Shown here piece after piece: positions 59,651-64,000 of a stretch of 64,000 nt of DNA. The notes beneath the pieces were generated by a model. It was given only the letters and a program-made list of their open reading frames with translations, had not been told where the DNA came from and made no database searches. Source of the stretch: Patescibacteria group bacterium (lineage in GTDB: Bacteria > Patescibacteriota > Saccharimonadia > UBA4664 > SCTI01); the NCBI GenBank assembly GCA_004297735.1, contig SCTI01000001.1:51467-115466 (forward strand). Direction: 5' to 3'. The position numbers were made by a program, and so were the translations under genes. The number at the start of each line of letters is the position of its first letter. Within the stretch, counting starts at the first letter, position 1.

Positions 59651-60055
59651 TTGGGGGTTAAAAATCGTACCGGTACGATTATTATTCCGCCTGGGGTTTT
59701 TGTAGATGTTCATGAGAAAATGACGGCTGATTTTCTTGCCACCAAGTTAAGTTATGACGTGACATTCCTTGTGCCGAATAGGAGAAGGGGAGCAAAAACT
59801 CCAGATATTGAAATGAATAATCTACGCTGGGAAATTAAAAGCCCGTCTGGTAAAAGTTCTCGCACAATAGAAAATAATTTACGTACTGCTCTCCGGCAGT
59901 CCCCAAATATCATACTTGATGTGCGCCGTATGGACGGTCGAATTCCAGGTAAAAAGTTATTGGATGAAGTTGAGCGCCAATTTAATCACGCAGCGGCAAT
60001 AAAGCGTATAATTGTCATTCTTCGGCAAGATGTACACATTGAATTTAAGCGTTAA
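59651..60055 (+). CDS. small hypothetical protein with a PD-(D/E)xK-like motif (TPD...EIK)
   Basis: Motif spacing P-D-x8-E-I-K typical of the restriction-endonuclease fold. The TTG start is uncertain. Confidence 0.45.
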   Translation: MGVKNRTGTIIIPPGVFVDVHEKMTADFLATKLSYDVTFLVPNRRRGAKTPDIEMNNLRWEIKSPSGKSSRTIENNLRTALRQSPNIILDVRRMDGRIPGKKLLDEVERQFNHAAAIKRIIVILRQDVHIEFKR

Positions 60056-60170
60056 ATTTGCTATCTTAATTATAGAAACGCGGGACGCCGACACTGGATA
60101 GAGTCGGCCAGCCCGCTTTCTTCCTTTATGGGGGGCGAGAAAGCTATTATTTTTAGGGTACAATAGGGTG

Positions 60171-62207
60171 ATGAATGTGGATGTCAGAGTTGAAACGCTC
60201 AAGGGCGTGGGGGCGGCGATGGCGAGCAAGTTGGAGCGCCTGGGGATTGTGACGGTTGCTGATCTGCTCAATCATTATCCGCGTAGATATGATGATTTCT
60301 CGGAAATTATTTCAATTCGCCAAATGAAGCCGGGCGCGGTGACCTTTAGGGGTAAGGTAGTTAACATCGCCTCGCGCCGGGCGCGTGGTCGCAAGTTGAC
60401 CATTACCGAGGCGGTGATAGCCGATGGAACCGGCACGGTTAAGGCAATTTGGTTTAATAATCCTTATTTGGTTAAGCAGTATCCAGTTGAAACCTCGGTA
60501 ATGGTGTCGGGTAATCTAGAGTTTCGTAACAACGATTTGGCTTTGCGGGCTCCGGCAATCGAGCTGGACAGCGATGATTCGATGCATACCGGCCGGATCG
60601 TGGCGGTGTATCCTGAGACTCACGGGCTGACCAGTAAGCAGCTGCGCACCGTTATTCGGCCGGTATTGGAGCGCCTTGAGGGGTTACCGGAGACGCTGCC
60701 AAAGGAGATAATTAAAGAGGCGAGTTTGGTATCGCGGCAGCAAGCCTTGAGTGAGTTGCATCTGCCAACCAGTCGCCAGGCGCTAGATAAGGCGCGTCAC
60801 CGACTGGCTTTTGAGGAGCTGTTCTTTATTATTGCGGCTTCGTTACGACTTAAAAGCCAGCTGCAGGATGAATCGGCGCCGGAGATCGATTTTAACGTAG
60901 AGGTGGCGCAGGAGTTTGTTAAGTCTCTGCCGTTTGCGATTACCAATGCCCAGCGCCAGTCGGCCTGGCAGATTTTAAAAGATATGGCGCAGCCTCACCC
61001 CATGAATCGATTGCTCGAAGGTGATGTTGGTAGCGGTAAAACGGTGGTGGCCTTTATGGCGGCAACCATGGCGGTACGGGCCGGGTATCAAGCGGCGTTA
61101 ATGGTGCCAACCGATGTGTTGGCGCGTCAGCATTTTAAGAATGCAACTAGCTTGCTGGATGATCTTGGGGTGCCGGTGGAGCTGGTGTTGAGCAAGCAGC
61201 CGGCTGCGGATAAGGCGCCGGTGCTGGCGCGAATTAAGGCCGGTCAGCCGGGTTTAATTATTGGCACGCATGCACTACTTGGGGAGTCGGTTGAGTTTAG
61301 CAAGCTCGGTCTGGTAATTATTGATGAGCAACATCGCTTTGGTGTTAATCAACGCCAGCAGCTTAAAACCAAAAGTCGATTCTTCCCGCATTTGCTGAGC
61401 ATGACAGCTACTCCAATTCCGCGTAGCTTAGCGCTAACCGTTTATGGCGACCTGGATGTATCGATTATTGATGAGCTCCCGGCCGGTCGCAAGCCAATTG
61501 CTACCAAGGTAGTTAGTGGACGCGACAAGGAAGTGGCGTATGGTTTTATTGATGGCCAGATCAAGCTTGGCCGTCAGGTGTTTGTGGTTTGCCCGTTAAT
61601 TGATGATTCTGACAGCCTGGATGCCAAAAGCGTTAATACCGAAGTGGAGCGGCTGCGGTCGGGCCTGTTCCGCCATCGTCGGATTGAGGCGCTCCACGCC
61701 AGGCTGACTCCGCCAGAACGCCAAAAGATTATGGAGCGGTTTGTGGCTGGCGATATTGATATCTTGGTCTCAACCACTGTGGTCGAGGTGGGGGTGGACA
61801 TTCCCAACGCTACCGTCATGTTGGTTGAGGGGGCGGAGCGATTTGGTCTGGCAACTTTGCACCAGCTGCGCGGCCGAGTTGGTCGAAGCCAGCACGATTC
61901 GTACTGTTTTTTGGCAAGCGACAGCAGTGCCCCTGGCGCTAGAGAGCGGCTTGAGGCGATGGAGCGGACCCAAGATGGTTTTCGGCTGTCGCAAATCGAC
62001 CTGGAGCTGCGCGGACCCGGCCAGATTTATGGCAAGCGCCAGCATGGACTACTTGATCTGCGCCTAGCCAATCTAACCGATACCAAGTTGGTGAGCGAGG
62101 TGCGCGCAGCCGCCCGCCGCTTTGTTGATGATCCGGCGATCATGGTACAATATCCACAGATAACCGAGCGCATTCAGCGGCTTCAGGCGATTACCACTCT
62201 CGATTAA
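60171..62207 (+). CDS. recG: ATP-dependent DNA helicase RecG
   Basis: Wedge and OB N-terminus. Walker A GDVGSGKT. DEQHRFG. TACAAT 6 nt before the ATG, so leaderless. Confidence 0.9.
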   Translation: MNVDVRVETLKGVGAAMASKLERLGIVTVADLLNHYPRRYDDFSEIISIRQMKPGAVTFRGKVVNIASRRARGRKLTITEAVIADGTGTVKAIWFNNPYLVKQYPVETSVMVSGNLEFRNNDLALRAPAIELDSDDSMHTGRIVAVYPETHGLTSKQLRTVIRPVLERLEGLPETLPKEIIKEASLVSRQQALSELHLPTSRQALDKARHRLAFEELFFIIAASLRLKSQLQDESAPEIDFNVEVAQEFVKSLPFAITNAQRQSAWQILKDMAQPHPMNRLLEGDVGSGKTVVAFMAATMAVRAGYQAALMVPTDVLARQHFKNATSLLDDLGVPVELVLSKQPAADKAPVLARIKAGQPGLIIGTHALLGESVEFSKLGLVIIDEQHRFGVNQRQQLKTKSRFFPHLLSMTATPIPRSLALTVYGDLDVSIIDELPAGRKPIATKVVSGRDKEVAYGFIDGQIKLGRQVFVVCPLIDDSDSLDAKSVNTEVERLRSGLFRHRRIEALHARLTPPERQKIMERFVAGDIDILVSTTVVEVGVDIPNATVMLVEGAERFGLATLHQLRGRVGRSQHDSYCFLASDSSAPGARERLEAMERTQDGFRLSQIDLELRGPGQIYGKRQHGLLDLRLANLTDTKLVSEVRAAARRFVDDPAIMVQYPQITERIQRLQAITTLD

Positions 62208-62227
62208 CATTAAAGAATGATTAAATT

Positions 62228-63061
62228 ATGTATTCTGGCTTTGTAAGCTCAAAGCGAACCGTTTCGGCCCTTGGTGTGCACCAGCGATTTGATACGGTGG
62301 CCTATCGTTTAACTCAGTCTTATTTTCACCCCCAAACCTTTCCGAATCTGGCCCAAATACTGCATTTTGAGGGCATTAACGGTCCAGACGGCATGAAGGT
62401 TAAGTCGCCCGGTAAGGGGGAGGTGGGTCACCTTTATGATCCATTAACCGAGCGCGGTGCCATACCTGATTTGATCGAGCAGCATTACCAGGGGCTGGTG
62501 CTAGCACTGCAAAAAAACAATCAGGTGCGGGCGGCGTTTGAGGCGGCCTGGTTGGCTCACTACGTTTGTGACGGCTTAACACCAGCTCATCACTTTCCGC
62601 TGGACGAAGAGCTGGCTAAGCACCGGTTAACTAAAACCGACAAGAACCGCTACAAGGTGCGCCAGGCCGGTGAGCCGGCGCGTGAAACGCTTAAAAAGGG
62701 GTGGGCTGTCTGGGGTGGTAAAGGTCTTTTGACCACTCACGTCAACTTTGAGATGGGCGTAATGGCGGCTTTGGTCGGGCAAAAAATTAAGGTACAGCTG
62801 GATGCTAGTAAGCTGGCTCATGCTCGCCAGGTTGGACCGGTTGAGTTCTTTAAGCAAGAGGCGCGCGAGATCGCCAACTTGCAGATGTATGAGCGCTTTT
62901 ATAAGCAGGGATGGAGTATGAGCCTGGGGCGCGAGGTTAAGTCGATTTTGGCGCCGGTTAGCGTCCAGGCTATCGCGATTATTTGGCTGCTTGCTTATTT
63001 AGAGAGCGGCCAACAGCTAGCCGAAGCGGCGCATCGGTCTAAAGCGGTTGCCGAACTGTGA
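62228..63061 (+). CDS. hypothetical protein (possible metal-dependent hydrolase; His/Asp-rich AHYVCDGLTPAHHFP)
   Basis: ORF. No family identified with confidence. Confidence 0.5.
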   Translation: MYSGFVSSKRTVSALGVHQRFDTVAYRLTQSYFHPQTFPNLAQILHFEGINGPDGMKVKSPGKGEVGHLYDPLTERGAIPDLIEQHYQGLVLALQKNNQVRAAFEAAWLAHYVCDGLTPAHHFPLDEELAKHRLTKTDKNRYKVRQAGEPARETLKKGWAVWGGKGLLTTHVNFEMGVMAALVGQKIKVQLDASKLAHARQVGPVEFFKQEAREIANLQMYERFYKQGWSMSLGREVKSILAPVSVQAIAIIWLLAYLESGQQLAEAAHRSKAVAEL

Positions 63062-63585
63062 GGATTGTTTCTGGATCACTTGGTGGCAGAACCTTGACTA
63101 TGCCGTCAACGCGCAATACTCGGCCAATGACGCATAAGGTGCGCGCGGCACTTTTTGATATGCTTGGTCCGATTGATGGCTTGCGCGTGCTCGATACCTA
63201 TGCCGGCAGTGGCGCACTTGGCTTTGAGGCGCTGAGTCGTGGTGCAGCACACGTTGATGCGGTTGAATTGGCAGGGCCAGCGCTCAAGGCGATTCAAACT
63301 AATATTGAGGCGCTCGGAGTGAAAAGTCAGTACAAGGTCTTTCCAGTGCGCGTGGAGTCATGGCTTGAAAGCTTCAAATCTATTTATGACCTTATCTTCG
63401 CAATGCCTCCATATAGTTTTATTGACAAGGAAATTTTAGCTAAAATTGGGGAGCGTCTAAAAAAAGATTCAATTATGGTTATTGAGTTTTCGCGTCACTC
63501 TCGGCCGATGGAGCTAAAAGGGCTGAACCTTATTAAGCAAAAAGACTATGGAGATCAAATTTTAGCAGTATACCGTAAGCTTTAG
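63058..63585 (+). CDS. rsmD: 16S rRNA (guanine966-N2)-methyltransferase RsmD
   Basis: SAM-binding VLDTYAGSGALGFEALSRGA. DPPY-like MPPY motif. Confidence 0.85.
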   Translation: MRIVSGSLGGRTLTMPSTRNTRPMTHKVRAALFDMLGPIDGLRVLDTYAGSGALGFEALSRGAAHVDAVELAGPALKAIQTNIEALGVKSQYKVFPVRVESWLESFKSIYDLIFAMPPYSFIDKEILAKIGERLKKDSIMVIEFSRHSRPMELKGLNLIKQKDYGDQILAVYRKL

Positions 63586-63648
63586 CTTGCAACCGGTATT
63601 AAAAATTGCTAATCTAGCTCTAGTTAAGTTTGGCGAGACTTGCTGCCA

Positions 63649-63670
63649 GGTGGCCATCGGGCCACCTTTT
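63649..63670 (+). terminator. intrinsic terminator GGTGGCC-ATCG-GGCCACC plus TTTT
   Basis: Read directly. Confidence 0.6.
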
Positions 63671-63675
63671 GCGTC

Positions 63676-63747
63676 TGGTGGAGCTATCGGGAATCGAACC
63701 CGACAGTCAAGTTTGGCGAGACTCAATGCCGCACCAGCGGTAGCCCC
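63676..63747 (-). other. tRNA-like element lacking a canonical anticodon arm (possible pseudo-tRNA or att remnant)
   Basis: Revcomp has acceptor GGGGCTA/TAGCTCC (one G-U pair), T-arm TCGGG-TTCGATT-CCCGA and encoded CCA. No 5-bp/7-nt anticodon stem-loop can be drawn. Confidence 0.3.
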
Positions 63748-63819
63748 CTGCCACTTAACGTGCTACACCAGACAAAACCGAGCTTAACAAACAAATATTA
63801 ACGAATTCTAAATCCACTT

Positions 63820-63905
63820 GGGCGAGTGGTGAAATGGTAGACACGCTAGCCTTAGGAGCTAGTGGGGGAAACCCCGTGGAGGTTCAAGTCCTCTCTCGCC
63901 CACCA
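63820..63905 (+). tRNA. tRNA-Leu(TAG)
   Basis: Acceptor GGGCGAG/CTCGCCC. Anticodon arm CTAGC-CTTAGGA-GCTAG. Long variable arm. Encoded CCA. Confidence 0.9.
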
Positions 63906-64000
63906 GGAATTATTGTAAAAACGCTAATTTGTGTTATAATTAAGTCATTGATACGCAGTCAAGCACGCAAATCGACTAGGGGGATGATGTCAGAGCAAGT

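Noticed and set aside
63676-63760. tmRNA (ssrA), suggested by ...GGGTTCGATTCCCGATAGCTCCACCA on the minus strand
   Set aside because: Only about 70 nt separate the acceptor halves. There is no tag reading frame or pseudoknot region. A full-length tmRNA would run through tRNA-Leu(TAG).

Overview
The window is a dense, mostly co-linear stretch of bacterial chromosome at about 50% GC. I recognise most of it as housekeeping genes: uvrC, secG, a family-5 ABC substrate-binding protein, an ABC ATPase/permease pair, lemA, htpX, ligA, gatCAB, dnaE, rplS, rnhB, yraN, pepF, nusA, clpC, radA, a PIN-TRAM YacL-like protein, PBP1A, tyrS, recG and rsmD. There are nine tRNA genes: Leu(CAG), Leu(GAG), Gly(GCC), Phe(GAA), Val(TAC), Cys(GCA), Leu(TAA), Leu(TAG), plus one degenerate tRNA-like fragment. 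Gene content and style fit a small-genome Patescibacteria/Saccharibacteria-like organism. The evidence is a short UvrC, a pilin-like gene, ribosomal protein L19 with an acidic tail, several leaderless TAnAAT-N6/7-ATG starts, and few biosynthetic genes. This is inference only. The backbone is interrupted by compositionally foreign islets, almost all next to tRNA genes. (1) An AT-rich 1.75-kb islet lies directly 3' of tRNA-Gly and is bounded by 26-bp imperfect direct repeats. It carries a translationally coupled pair: a membrane-anchored topoisomerase-type zinc-ribbon protein and a coiled-coil Mrr/PD-(D/E)xK nuclease. I consider this the best candidate for an undescribed defence-like module. (2) Several GC-rich islets (roughly 60-65% GC by eye) carry only hypothetical proteins and winged-helix regulators. 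The largest, downstream of tRNA-Cys/tRNA-Leu(TAA), contains a perfect 55-bp sequence duplicated immediately upstream of two different ORFs. Other notable items are a 13-14-nt trailer motif shared by four tRNA genes with an orphan copy at the far islet boundary, a CIRCE-like operator upstream of clpC, a 750-bp hairpin-rich non-coding region between ligA and gatC, an MscL with a C-terminal Cys4 ribbon, and a probable frameshift in the PBP1A tail. I found no CRISPR array, rRNA, integrase or transposase.
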